Positions 26,239 through 34,459 of a stretch of DNA of 38,406 bases are shown piece by piece. Numbering within the stretch: the first letter of the stretch is position 1; each line of letters opens with the position of its first letter. Source of the DNA: Paludibacteraceae bacterium (GTDB lineage: Bacteria > Bacteroidota > Bacteroidia > Bacteroidales > Paludibacteraceae); contig JAGACJ010000143.1 in assembly GCA_017614195.1 (NCBI GenBank), forward strand, positions 1 to 38,406, given 5' to 3'. Below the pieces are notes generated by a model. The model worked only from the letters and a program-made list of their open reading frames with translations, was not told where the DNA came from and ran no database searches. The translations under genes were made by a program, and so were the position numbers.

Positions 26239-27906
26239 ATGATTAAAGAAAATTTCATCAAGCTATTTGAGCACAGTTTCAAGGAGCACTGGGATCTTCC
26301 TGCGTATTCGAATTACTACAAGAAGACCACCGTAACCTACGGCGAAGCCGCGCGCCAAATTGCCAAACTTCACTTACTTTTCAAAGAGTCAAAGATCAAG
26401 CAAGGAGACAAAGTCGCATTGGTTGGACGCAACACGCCCAACTGGACAATCACTTACATCGCCGTTGTCACCTATGGCGCGGTTATCGTGCCCATTTTGC
26501 AAGATTTCAACCCGAACGACATCCACCACATTGTCAACCACTCTGATTCGCTTTTGCTTTTCTGCAGTGACAAGCATTGGGACTCGCTTGATTGCGACAA
26601 GATGGACGGGTTGCTCGCAGCATTTTCGATTGACGATTTTCGTTGCGTCTTCCAACGCGATGGCGAAGGCATGCAGAAGATCGTACAATCGCTCGACAGC
26701 AAATTTGAAAAAGCTTATCCTAAAGGATTTGGTCCCGAAGATGTCAAATATGCCAATCGCGACAACACTGAGCTGGCTGTACTCAGCTACACCTCCGGCA
26801 CTACCGGATTTAGCAAAGGGGTGATGCTGACGGGTAATGCATTGGCCGGCAACATCACTTTCGGCATCAAAACAAAATTGCTCGAAAAAGGCGATCGCGT
26901 GCTTACGTTCTTACCGCTTGCACATGCTTATGGCATGGCATTCGACTTTTTGACCGCCACCTGCGTTGGAGCCCATACGCACCTGCTCAACATGATTCCG
27001 AGTCCAAAGGTGCTTGTCAAGGCCTTTGAGGAAGTAAGGCCGACTGTGATTTTTACGGTACCCCTCATCCTCGAGAAAATCTACAAGAAGCAACTGCAGC
27101 CCAACTTGTCGACGATGACAATGCGTATGGCACTCAGCATTCCCGTACTGGACACCCGTATTTACAACAGTGTGGGAAACAAACTGACCACAGCGTTTGG
27201 CGGAGTTTTCAAAGAAGTGATTATCGGTGGCGCACCCATGAGCAGAGAGGTGGAAGACTTGCTTCGCAAAATCGGATTCCGCTTTACCATTGGTTACGGT
27301 ATGACCGAATGCGCACCATTGATTGCATACGCGCCTCACGACAAATTCAAGCCCTACTCTGCAGGTAAGGTTCTCGAAAACATGGAAGTCAAAATCGATT
27401 CGCCCGATCCAGCCAACGTTGTGGGAGAGATTCTCGTTCGTGGCGAAAACGTGATGAGCGGTTACTACAAGAATCCCGAAGCCACTCAAAAGGTGTTTGA
27501 CGCCGACGGCTGGATGCACACCGGCGACCTTGGCACCCTTGACAGCGACGGATTCATTTACATCAAAGGACGTAACAAGAGTATGATTTTGGGTCCTAAC
27601 GGACAAAACATCTACCCCGAAGAAATTGAAAACAAGCTCAATAACCTGCCTTTCGTGATGGAAAGTTTGGTGATTGAACGCGACGGAAAGCTCTACGGGC
27701 TGGTTTATCCCGACTATACGGCGGCTGACGAATCACACCTGAACGACGAGGACTTGAACGTGGTTATGGAGCAAAACAGACAGACCCTGAATTCGAAGGT
27801 GGGAAGTTACGAAGGATTAACAAAGATTATACTTTTCCCGACCGAATTTGAAAAAACCCCGAAACGTAGCATTAAAAGGTATTTGTACACAAATCTGCCT
27901 TTCTAA
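26239..27906 (+). CDS. AMP-dependent long-chain acyl-CoA synthetase/ligase
   Basis: AMP-binding motifs YTSGTTGFSKGV, GYGMTE, TGDLG...DGFIYIKGRNK. 555 aa. Confidence 0.85.
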   Translation: MIKENFIKLFEHSFKEHWDLPAYSNYYKKTTVTYGEAARQIAKLHLLFKESKIKQGDKVALVGRNTPNWTITYIAVVTYGAVIVPILQDFNPNDIHHIVNHSDSLLLFCSDKHWDSLDCDKMDGLLAAFSIDDFRCVFQRDGEGMQKIVQSLDSKFEKAYPKGFGPEDVKYANRDNTELAVLSYTSGTTGFSKGVMLTGNALAGNITFGIKTKLLEKGDRVLTFLPLAHAYGMAFDFLTATCVGAHTHLLNMIPSPKVLVKAFEEVRPTVIFTVPLILEKIYKKQLQPNLSTMTMRMALSIPVLDTRIYNSVGNKLTTAFGGVFKEVIIGGAPMSREVEDLLRKIGFRFTIGYGMTECAPLIAYAPHDKFKPYSAGKVLENMEVKIDSPDPANVVGEILVRGENVMSGYYKNPEATQKVFDADGWMHTGDLGTLDSDGFIYIKGRNKSMILGPNGQNIYPEEIENKLNNLPFVMESLVIERDGKLYGLVYPDYTAADESHLNDEDLNVVMEQNRQTLNSKVGSYEGLTKIILFPTEFEKTPKRSIKRYLYTNLPF

Positions 27907-27980
27907 CGAAAACGATAGAATTTAAGATTTTTTAACAATAAAGACCAGTAGTTTATTTCGCTTTTACAAATTATTTTAGA

Positions 27981-27988
27981 TACCTTTG
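27981..27988 (+). promoter_or_regulatory. Bacteroidota -7 box (TACCTTTG) for the small acidic lipoprotein gene
   Basis: Matches TAnnTTTG, 52 nt upstream of the ATG at 28040. Confidence 0.45.
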
Positions 27989-28039
27989 CATTAAGAAAGT
28001 CGAGAGACACTATCATTGTTTAATTTTAAATATACAAAA

Positions 28040-28231
28040 ATGAAAAAGTTAGTATTGTTTTTCGCTACCGTAGTAGCTGTTTCTTTGGCAGCTTGCAACA
28101 ACTGCAACAAAGAAGCTGAAGCTGAAGCTGTAGAAGCAGAAGCTACTGAAGTTATCGAAGCTGTTGCTGATTCTGCTGCTGAAGTTGTAGAAGAAGCTGC
28201 TGAAGTTGCTGCTGAAGCAGTTGCTGAATAA
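28040..28231 (+). CDS. Small (63 aa) Ala/Glu/Val-rich acidic putative lipoprotein
   Basis: MKKLVLFFATVVAVSLAAC has a lipobox LAAC. It is followed by NNCNKEAEAEAVEAEATEVIEAVADSAAEVVEEAAEVAAEAVAE. The gene has its own -7 box upstream and a strong hairpin terminator downstream. The coding DNA is GAAGCT-type low complexity. Confidence 0.6.
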   Translation: MKKLVLFFATVVAVSLAACNNCNKEAEAEAVEAEATEVIEAVADSAAEVVEEAAEVAAEAVAE

Positions 28232-28252
28232 TCTACGGTAACACCAGAAAAT

Positions 28253-28284
28253 AAAAATCCGTTATTCAATTAACGGATTTTTTT
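28253..28284 (+). terminator. Rho-independent terminator after the small lipoprotein gene
   Basis: aaaaatccgtta / taacggattttttt: stem tccgtta (28258-28264) pairs with taacgga (28271-28277), followed by a T-run. Confidence 0.6.
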
Positions 28285-28310
28285 ATGTCCTTACACAAAA
28301 AGAAACATTC

Positions 28311-28745
28311 ATGATACAACGCATTCAGACTCTATACCTATTGATTGTAACCCTATTGGCAACCATCTGTTGTTTTTTCCCATTTGCCGTCGTCACCCCC
28401 TCGCCCATTACTTTTAACACCGCTGGGGCGCTGCACAGCGCATGGCTGATACCCTCTGCTGCGCTTGGCATTCTGATACCGGCAATCGCGTTTGGCAGTA
28501 TCTTCTTATACAAAAAACGCATTCTGCAAATGCGCGTCAATGGTTTCAACATGGTGCTGATGATTTTCCAAATCATTGCATACGCAGTTATCTTGGTCCT
28601 CGTACACCGCACCGCACCCGAGGCCGAAATCAAAATCTCATGGCCGTGCATTGTTCCGCTCATCAACCTGATCCTAACGTATTTGGCCATTAGGGGAATC
28701 GGCAGTGACGAGGCGTTGGTTCGCGCTGCCGACCGTTTGCGCTAA
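28311..28745 (+). CDS. DUF4293-like integral membrane protein
   Basis: The N-terminus MIQRIQTLYLLIV plus four TM helices in ~144 aa matches my recollection of the Bacteroidota DUF4293 family. Confidence 0.6.
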   Translation: MIQRIQTLYLLIVTLLATICCFFPFAVVTPSPITFNTAGALHSAWLIPSAALGILIPAIAFGSIFLYKKRILQMRVNGFNMVLMIFQIIAYAVILVLVHRTAPEAEIKISWPCIVPLINLILTYLAIRGIGSDEALVRAADRLR

Positions 28746-28747
28746 AC

Positions 28748-28780
28748 AAGGCGAAGACATCGTTTTCGCAAGCCTTTTTT
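28748..28780 (+). terminator. Possible imperfect rho-independent terminator
   Basis: aaggcgaa (28748-28755) pairs imperfectly with ttcgc-aa-gcctt (28765-28776), followed by T6. A bulged stem, so only tentative. Confidence 0.35.
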
Positions 28781-28814
28781 GCTGAAAATCATTTAATTTT
28801 CGATAAAATTTGAT

Positions 28815-28822
28815 TACCTTTG
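28815..28822 (+). promoter_or_regulatory. Bacteroidota -7 box (TACCTTTG) for ileS
   Basis: Matches TAnnTTTG, 71 nt upstream of the ATG at 28893. Confidence 0.4.
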
Positions 28823-28892
28823 CCGACCATAAGAATGGTCGGTATTTTTTTGTCCCGACCCGCAGAATGAGAATTATAAGAAGCATTGCAAT

Positions 28893-31800
28893 ATGAGCAA
28901 AAAATTCGCTGAATACAACCGTTTCAATTTGTCGGAAATCGGCAAACAAGTACAGGAAGAGTGGGAAAAGAACGACATCTTCCACAAAAGCATCTCAACC
29001 CGCGAGGGATGCCCCACTTTTGTATTCTATGAAGGACCTCCTTCGGCCAACGGCATGCCGGGCATTCACCACGTAATGGCCCGTACAATCAAAGACTTGT
29101 TCCTGCGTTACAAAACCATGAAGGGCAACAAAGTGTTGCGCAAAGCCGGTTGGGATACGCATGGACTACCCGTTGAGTTGGGTGTCGAAAAATCATTAGG
29201 CATCACCAAAGAGGACATCGGCAAAACCATTTCGGTCGAGGATTACAATGCCACCTGCCGCCGCGATGTCATGAAATATACCAAAGAATGGGAAAACCTG
29301 ACACGTCGCATGGGCTACTGGGTGGACTTGGAACATCCCTATATCACTTATAAGAACTCTTACATTGAGTCGTGCTGGTGGTTGTTGAAAAACTTGTACG
29401 AACAAGGATTGCTGTACAAAGGATACACCATCCAACCGTATTCGCCCGCAGCCGGTAGCGGACTGAGCTCGCACGAGTTGAACCAACCGGGTTGCTACCG
29501 CGATGTCAAAGACACCACGGTCACCGCACAATTCAAGGTAAAAGGCCATGAGAACCTCTATATCCTTGCTTGGACCACCACTCCGTGGACCCTAACCTCG
29601 AACACCGCCTTGTGCGTAGGTCCGAATATCGACTATGTGCGCGTGGGCACCGAAAACCCCTACACGCACACACCGTGCGAGGTAATTGTAGCCGCAGCCC
29701 GTTTCTCTGCCTATTTCAAAGACATGGAATGTCCGAAAGAGACATTCAAGGGCTCGACTTTGATTGGTCTGGAATACGAACCGCTTATTCCGTTCTTTAC
29801 ACCGATTGAATCGGGAGCATTCCGCGTCATTGGCGGCGACTATGTCACCACCGAAGATGGTACTGGTATCGTTCACATCGCGCCCACTTTTGGTGCAGAC
29901 GACGCCCGCGTAGCCAAAGCCGCTGGCATCCCGCCCATGCAGTTAAAAGACAAAAACGGCAACTTGCGTCCGCTTGTTGACCTGCAAGGCCGCTTCTTCC
30001 CCATTGAGGACATCGACCCCGATTATCTGAAAAGCCATGTCAATATCGAAGCTTACAGGGAATTTGCCGGACGTTATGTCAAAAACGCCTACGACAGCAC
30101 TCTCACCGATAAAGACGAAACTCTCGATATCAGCATTTGCATGATGCTCAAGCAAGAAGGCAAAGCATTCAAAATTGAGAAACACACGCACAATTATCCT
30201 CATTGTTGGCGTACCGACAAACCGGTATTGTACTATCCGCTCGACAGTTGGTTCATCCGCTCTACCGCACGCCGCGAAGAAATGGTAAAACTCAACGAAA
30301 CCATTCATTGGAAACCGCAATCAACTGGAACCGGCCGTTTCGGAAAATGGTTGGAGAACCTGCAAGATTGGAACTTGTCGCGCAGTCGTTATTGGGGAAC
30401 GCCGTTGCCTATTTGGCGTACCGAAGACGGAAAGGAAGAAATCTGCATCGGTTCGATCGAAGAATTAGTCAACGAAATCGAAAAATCGGTCAAGGCCGGT
30501 TTGATGAGCGAGAATCCGTTCAAGAACTTTAAGGTTGGCGATTATTCGGAGAAAAACTACAGCACCGAAGTCATTGACTTGCACCGTCCGTACATCGACC
30601 GCGTGATTTTGGTTTCGGCCAGTGGCAAACCGATGAAGCGTGAAACAGACTTGATTGACGTTTGGTTTGACTCGGGCGCCATGCCATACGCACAACTGCA
30701 CTATCCGTTTGAAAACAAGGACTTGATCGACAAGAACGAGTTCTTCCCCGCCGACTTCATCAACGAGGGCGTAGACCAAACGCGTGGCTGGTTCTTTACG
30801 TTGCACGCCATTTCGACCATGGTCAAGCATTCGGTAGCATTCAAGAATGTGATTTCGAATGGTTTGGTTCTCGACAAAAACGGCAACAAAATGTCGAAAC
30901 GTCTCGGCAACGCCGTCGATCCTTTCGGTGCTATCGAACAATACGGTTCCGACCCGTTGCGCTGGTACATGATGACCAACGCCGCCCCTTGGGACAACCT
31001 CAAATTCGACGCAGAAGGTGTAGAAGAAGTTTCCCGCAAATTCTTCGGAACTTTGTATAACACCTATTCATTCTTTGCCTTGTATGCCAACGTCGATGGT
31101 TTTGACGGATCTGCCACGGAAGTTCCTGTAAAGGATCGTCCCGAAATCGACCGCTGGATTTTGTCATTGCTCCACTCGCTTATCGAAGAGGTGGACCAAA
31201 GCTTCACCGAATATGAGCCGACCCGCGCCGGCCGCGCCATTGCCAATTTCGTAACCGAGAATTTGAGTAACTGGTATGTGCGTCTGAACCGTCGCCGTTA
31301 CTGGGCAGGCGAAATGACCATCGACAAGCTGTCGGCATATCAGACATTGTACGCCTGTTTGGAAACTGTGGCACGCCTAATGGCCCCCATCGCGCCGTTC
31401 TATAGCGATCGTCTGTTCAAAGACCTCAATCAGGTAACCCGACTCCACACCGAAGAATCGGTACACCTCGCATTGTTCCCTGTAGCCGACAAGACATTGA
31501 TCGACAAACAGTTGGAAGCCCGCATGGACATTGCGCAACGCATCACGTCGTTGGCGCTTGCCTTGCGTAAGAAAGCCGCCATCAAGGTGCGTCAGCCGCT
31601 CAGCCACATCATGGTGCCTGTAACCAACGACACGCAACGCAACAACATCCTCGCAGTAGAAGACTTGATCAAAGGCGAGGTCAATGTCAAAGACATCAAA
31701 CTCGTTGACGGTGCCACCGGCATTCTGGTAAAACGCGTAAAACCCGACTTCAAGAAACTCGGGCCGAAATGCGGCAAACAAATGAAAGCTGTCGCAGCCG

Positions 31801-32249
31801 CGCTGACTGGCATGGAACAATCCGATATCGCTCGTTTCGAAGCCGACGGCAAATTTAACCTGACCATCGAAGGACAAGCCATCGAAGTGGAACTCGGCGA
31901 CGTGGAAATCTTCTCGGAAGACATCCCTGGCTGGTTGGTTGCCAACGACGGCGCGCTGACCATCGCCCTCGACATCACGTTGAGCGACGATTTGGTGGCC
32001 GAGGGTATTGCCCGCGAGCTGATTAACCGTATCCAGAACTTACGTAAAAGTTCGGGATTCAACATCACCGACCGCATCGCTGTCGAGATTGCCTCCAATG
32101 CCAAATTTGACAGTGCCGTAGAGCAATACCGCGAGTACATCGCTTCGCAAGTGTTGGCGCAAGAACTGACCATTAAGCCGCAAATTGCCAACGGCACCGA
32201 GATTGATATTGATGAAGAGAAAATCAGTGTAAGCGTCCGCAAAATATAA
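28893..32249 (+). CDS. ileS: Isoleucine--tRNA ligase (long, type-2-like form)
   Basis: HIGH-type motif PPSANGMPGIHHV, KMSKS motif NKMSKRLGN, the CP1 editing region, and 1118 aa. Confidence 0.97.
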   Translation: MSKKFAEYNRFNLSEIGKQVQEEWEKNDIFHKSISTREGCPTFVFYEGPPSANGMPGIHHVMARTIKDLFLRYKTMKGNKVLRKAGWDTHGLPVELGVEKSLGITKEDIGKTISVEDYNATCRRDVMKYTKEWENLTRRMGYWVDLEHPYITYKNSYIESCWWLLKNLYEQGLLYKGYTIQPYSPAAGSGLSSHELNQPGCYRDVKDTTVTAQFKVKGHENLYILAWTTTPWTLTSNTALCVGPNIDYVRVGTENPYTHTPCEVIVAAARFSAYFKDMECPKETFKGSTLIGLEYEPLIPFFTPIESGAFRVIGGDYVTTEDGTGIVHIAPTFGADDARVAKAAGIPPMQLKDKNGNLRPLVDLQGRFFPIEDIDPDYLKSHVNIEAYREFAGRYVKNAYDSTLTDKDETLDISICMMLKQEGKAFKIEKHTHNYPHCWRTDKPVLYYPLDSWFIRSTARREEMVKLNETIHWKPQSTGTGRFGKWLENLQDWNLSRSRYWGTPLPIWRTEDGKEEICIGSIEELVNEIEKSVKAGLMSENPFKNFKVGDYSEKNYSTEVIDLHRPYIDRVILVSASGKPMKRETDLIDVWFDSGAMPYAQLHYPFENKDLIDKNEFFPADFINEGVDQTRGWFFTLHAISTMVKHSVAFKNVISNGLVLDKNGNKMSKRLGNAVDPFGAIEQYGSDPLRWYMMTNAAPWDNLKFDAEGVEEVSRKFFGTLYNTYSFFALYANVDGFDGSATEVPVKDRPEIDRWILSLLHSLIEEVDQSFTEYEPTRAGRAIANFVTENLSNWYVRLNRRRYWAGEMTIDKLSAYQTLYACLETVARLMAPIAPFYSDRLFKDLNQVTRLHTEESVHLALFPVADKTLIDKQLEARMDIAQRITSLALALRKKAAIKVRQPLSHIMVPVTNDTQRNNILAVEDLIKGEVNVKDIKLVDGATGILVKRVKPDFKKLGPKCGKQMKAVAAALTGMEQSDIARFEADGKFNLTIEGQAIEVELGDVEIFSEDIPGWLVANDGALTIALDITLSDDLVAEGIARELINRIQNLRKSSGFNITDRIAVEIASNAKFDSAVEQYREYIASQVLAQELTIKPQIANGTEIDIDEEKISVSVRKI

Positions 32250-32333
32250 TTGTTCAAAACTTATAGGTAAAAACGACGAACGTAACAGATTTTTTTGTAT
32301 ATTCGCAATAAGAAATCTTAAACACATACAACT

Positions 32334-32714
32334 ATGGCAGAACACGAAAAAACGAGATATTCAGACGCCGAGCTCGAGGAGTTCCGCGCACTGATCCAAG
32401 AAAAGCTTGACCAAGCGTTTTCCGATTACGAGCAACTGAAAAACGCTCTCAATAATCTGGACGGCAATGACACGTCGGACACTTCTCCAACGTTCAAAGT
32501 TCTGGAAGAAGGCGCCACCACCATGACAAAAGAAGAAGCCGGTCGTCTCGCTCAACGTCAGATGAAGTTTATCCAACACTTGCAAGCTGCTTTGGTGCGT
32601 ATCGAAAACAAGACGTACGGCATTTGCCGCGAAACAGGAAAACTGATTCCGAAAGAGCGTTTACGCGCTGTGCCCCATGCTACATTGAGCATCGAAGCAA
32701 AAGGAAACAAATAA
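32334..32714 (+). CDS. TraR/DksA family transcriptional regulator
   Basis: Coiled-coil N-terminus and C-terminal YGICRETGKLIPKERLRAVPHATLSIEAK, a DksA C-terminal motif with a degenerate zinc finger. It lies between ileS and lspA. Confidence 0.8.
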   Translation: MAEHEKTRYSDAELEEFRALIQEKLDQAFSDYEQLKNALNNLDGNDTSDTSPTFKVLEEGATTMTKEEAGRLAQRQMKFIQHLQAALVRIENKTYGICRETGKLIPKERLRAVPHATLSIEAKGNK

Positions 32715-33275
32715 TTGAGAATGAGCGTTACACAAAAGCAAGTCACCTTTGTGACCGCATTGATTATAAGCCTGATTGTACTCGATCAGGCTTTGAAATT
32801 GTGGGTGCATGCCAACATTCCGCTACACAGCTACATCGATATCGCCCCGTTTTTCAAATTGAGTCATCAGCAAAATCCGGGCATGGCGTTTAGCATGCGG
32901 TTCATGCCTCCCGTAGTGCAAACCATTTTCCGCATCTTAGCATCGGGCGCCATATTGGCCTATCTGATTCATTTGATTCGCAAAGGCACCTCCTTGTTGA
33001 TGTGTACTTGTCTGTCATTGGTTTTCGCTGGTGCAACTGGCAATATTATCGACAACATTTTTTACGACTACTTGTTCTATGGAGGAGAGTTCTTCAAGGG
33101 CAAAGTGGTGGATATGTTGTATTTTCCGCTGATTGAAGGCCGTTTTTGGAACTGGATACCTTGGGTGGGAGGCGAAGACTTCATCTTCTTCTCGCCCGTA
33201 TTCAATCTGGCCGATAGCGCCATTTGCGTAGGCGTGTTCCTGACATTGGTCTTCCAGAAAAAGTTGTTTCAATGA
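32715..33275 (+). CDS. lspA: Lipoprotein signal peptidase (signal peptidase II)
   Basis: Four TM helices with the conserved GNIIDNIFY...VVDMLYF...FNLADSAICVGVFL motifs. The ileS-lspA linkage is widely conserved. An alternative start lies at 32721. Confidence 0.85.
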   Translation: MRMSVTQKQVTFVTALIISLIVLDQALKLWVHANIPLHSYIDIAPFFKLSHQQNPGMAFSMRFMPPVVQTIFRILASGAILAYLIHLIRKGTSLLMCTCLSLVFAGATGNIIDNIFYDYLFYGGEFFKGKVVDMLYFPLIEGRFWNWIPWVGGEDFIFFSPVFNLADSAICVGVFLTLVFQKKLFQ

Positions 33276-33676
33276 AATCTTGGCGGAAATTATTACCCAT
33301 CATTGCACTGCTTTTCATGGTGTCTTGTTCGACGCATGTACCCAGAGGCGTGATTAAGCCAGACAAGTATGCATGGATTTTGAAAGACATCCACCAACTT
33401 GACGCCATGAGAACGTTGGAATACATACAGACGCCAGACCAACTGCTCGATGACCAATACCAAATGATTTTTGAAAAATACGGCGTCACCAAGGCCGAAT
33501 TCGACAGTTCGCTGAGCTGGTATTGGCATCATCAGAAAGAATTGCTAATCGTTTACGACTCGGTCAAGGCACGCGCCGAACGCGATGCCCGAAAAATAGA
33601 AGAGAAATCGTCTGTAAAGGCAAATAAAGGAACTAACGCTGGCGACGCCGGATTTCGGCACAAACCAAAGCGGTAG
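33272..33676 (+). CDS. DUF4296-like lipoprotein
   Basis: MKSWRKLLPIIALLFMVSCS (lipobox), ~134 aa. There is an ATGA overlap with the lspA stop, and the position after lspA is typical of Bacteroidota DUF4296 proteins. The family is assigned from memory. Confidence 0.5.
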   Translation: MKSWRKLLPIIALLFMVSCSTHVPRGVIKPDKYAWILKDIHQLDAMRTLEYIQTPDQLLDDQYQMIFEKYGVTKAEFDSSLSWYWHHQKELLIVYDSVKARAERDARKIEEKSSVKANKGTNAGDAGFRHKPKR

Positions 33677-34385
33677 CCACTCCCACATTCAGCGATTCGG
33701 AACATTTGCGCCCCACAGGATAATTGGGTAGCAGCAAACGATCGGTAGCCGCGTCGCGCATTTCACGACTCACACCGTTGCCTTCATTGCCAAATACCAT
33801 CAACGCCGGCGACTTAATCACAGATTCGTATAAATCCTTTCCGCTGAGGTCGGTCACATATAGCGGCAGTTGTTCTTTGCGGACAACCGCTAACAGGTCT
33901 GCCGTTTCGACGTAAGTCACCTTGACGCGTGCCAACGCCCCCATAGTTGCCTGCACCACCTTGGGGTTATACACGTCGACGGTTCCCTTGGTGCAAATCA
34001 CCTGTTCGAAACCAAACCAGTCGGCTGCACGCAAAATGGTGCCCAAATTGCCGGCATCTTGTACACCGTCGAGCACGAGCGTTATGTCGGAACGCAAGTT
34101 CAAGGGAGTTTCCTTTGCCATCTCGAAGACGGCTAACACTCCTTGCGGCGCCTCCATATTGCTGATTTTACGCAACTCCTCGTCAGTAACCCGCACACTT
34201 ACACCTGCAGGTAATTTGCCCGTATATGCCGCCGTGTAATATAGTGACTGACAACGGAAAGCCGGCAACAGTTCTTCTACGGTCTTTGCCCCTTCTGCCA
34301 CAAAGACACCGTATTCCTGCCGGTATTTTTTCATTGCCAACCGATTCAACCACTTGATTTTGTTTTTTTCAATCATACGGGACAC
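33633..34385 (-). CDS. TrmH/SpoU family RNA 2'-O-methyltransferase
   Basis: An N-terminal substrate-binding-like domain plus SPOUT motifs (LVLDGVQDAGNLGTILRAADWFG, LMVFGNEGNGVS, LLLPNYP...ESLNVGVATALVCAEI). Confidence 0.85.
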   Translation of the reverse strand: MSRMIEKNKIKWLNRLAMKKYRQEYGVFVAEGAKTVEELLPAFRCQSLYYTAAYTGKLPAGVSVRVTDEELRKISNMEAPQGVLAVFEMAKETPLNLRSDITLVLDGVQDAGNLGTILRAADWFGFEQVICTKGTVDVYNPKVVQATMGALARVKVTYVETADLLAVVRKEQLPLYVTDLSGKDLYESVIKSPALMVFGNEGNGVSREMRDAATDRLLLPNYPVGRKCSESLNVGVATALVCAEIRRRQR

Positions 34386-34435
34386 TTTTGATGCGCTAAG
34401 TTACAAAAGAAATTGGTAATGATGTATTTTTAGTT

Positions 34436-34443
34436 TAATTTTG
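34436..34443 (+). promoter_or_regulatory. Bacteroidota -7 box (TAATTTTG) for the BamA/TamA-like gene
   Basis: Matches TAnnTTTG, 17 nt upstream of the ATG at 34460. Confidence 0.4.
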
Positions 34444-34459
34444 TGCAAAATTCTCCTAT

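Noticed and set aside
26911-27606. 231-aa minus-strand ORF inside the acyl-CoA synthetase gene. Similar antisense ORFs occur at 25524-26069 (nadE), 31592-32257 and 31377-31877 (ileS), 17313-17894 (nusB) and 18464-19036 (ybbR-like).
   Set aside because: All are antisense to genes with clear conserved motifs, and none shows motifs, signal peptides or its own promoter box. I treat them as frame shadows.
28100-28225. Short tandem GAAGCT/GCTGAA repeats that might suggest a repeat array or CRISPR-like structure
   Set aside because: The units are 6 nt, imperfect and lack spacers, and they lie inside a coding frame. This is coding low complexity, not a CRISPR array or satellite.
27991-28269. 92-aa Ser/Ala/Thr-rich minus-strand ORF
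   Set aside because: It is the mirror of the GAAGCT low-complexity coding DNA of the small lipoprotein gene. The plus-strand frame has a signal peptide with lipobox, a promoter and a terminator in the correct orientation.
28746-28892. Possible leader, riboswitch or T-box ahead of ileS
   Set aside because: I see only a weak terminator-like hairpin from the upstream gene and a -7 box. No specifier or T-box-like conserved structure is visible, and T-boxes are not expected in Bacteroidota.
33633-33676. 44-nt convergent overlap of the 3' ends of the DUF4296-like gene and the TrmH gene, plus the TTAG overlapping stop codons of coaE and def at 20193-20196
   Set aside because: Both reading frames look genuine to their ends. 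Such tail-to-tail overlaps are common in compact genomes, and I see no extra signal that would make them noteworthy.
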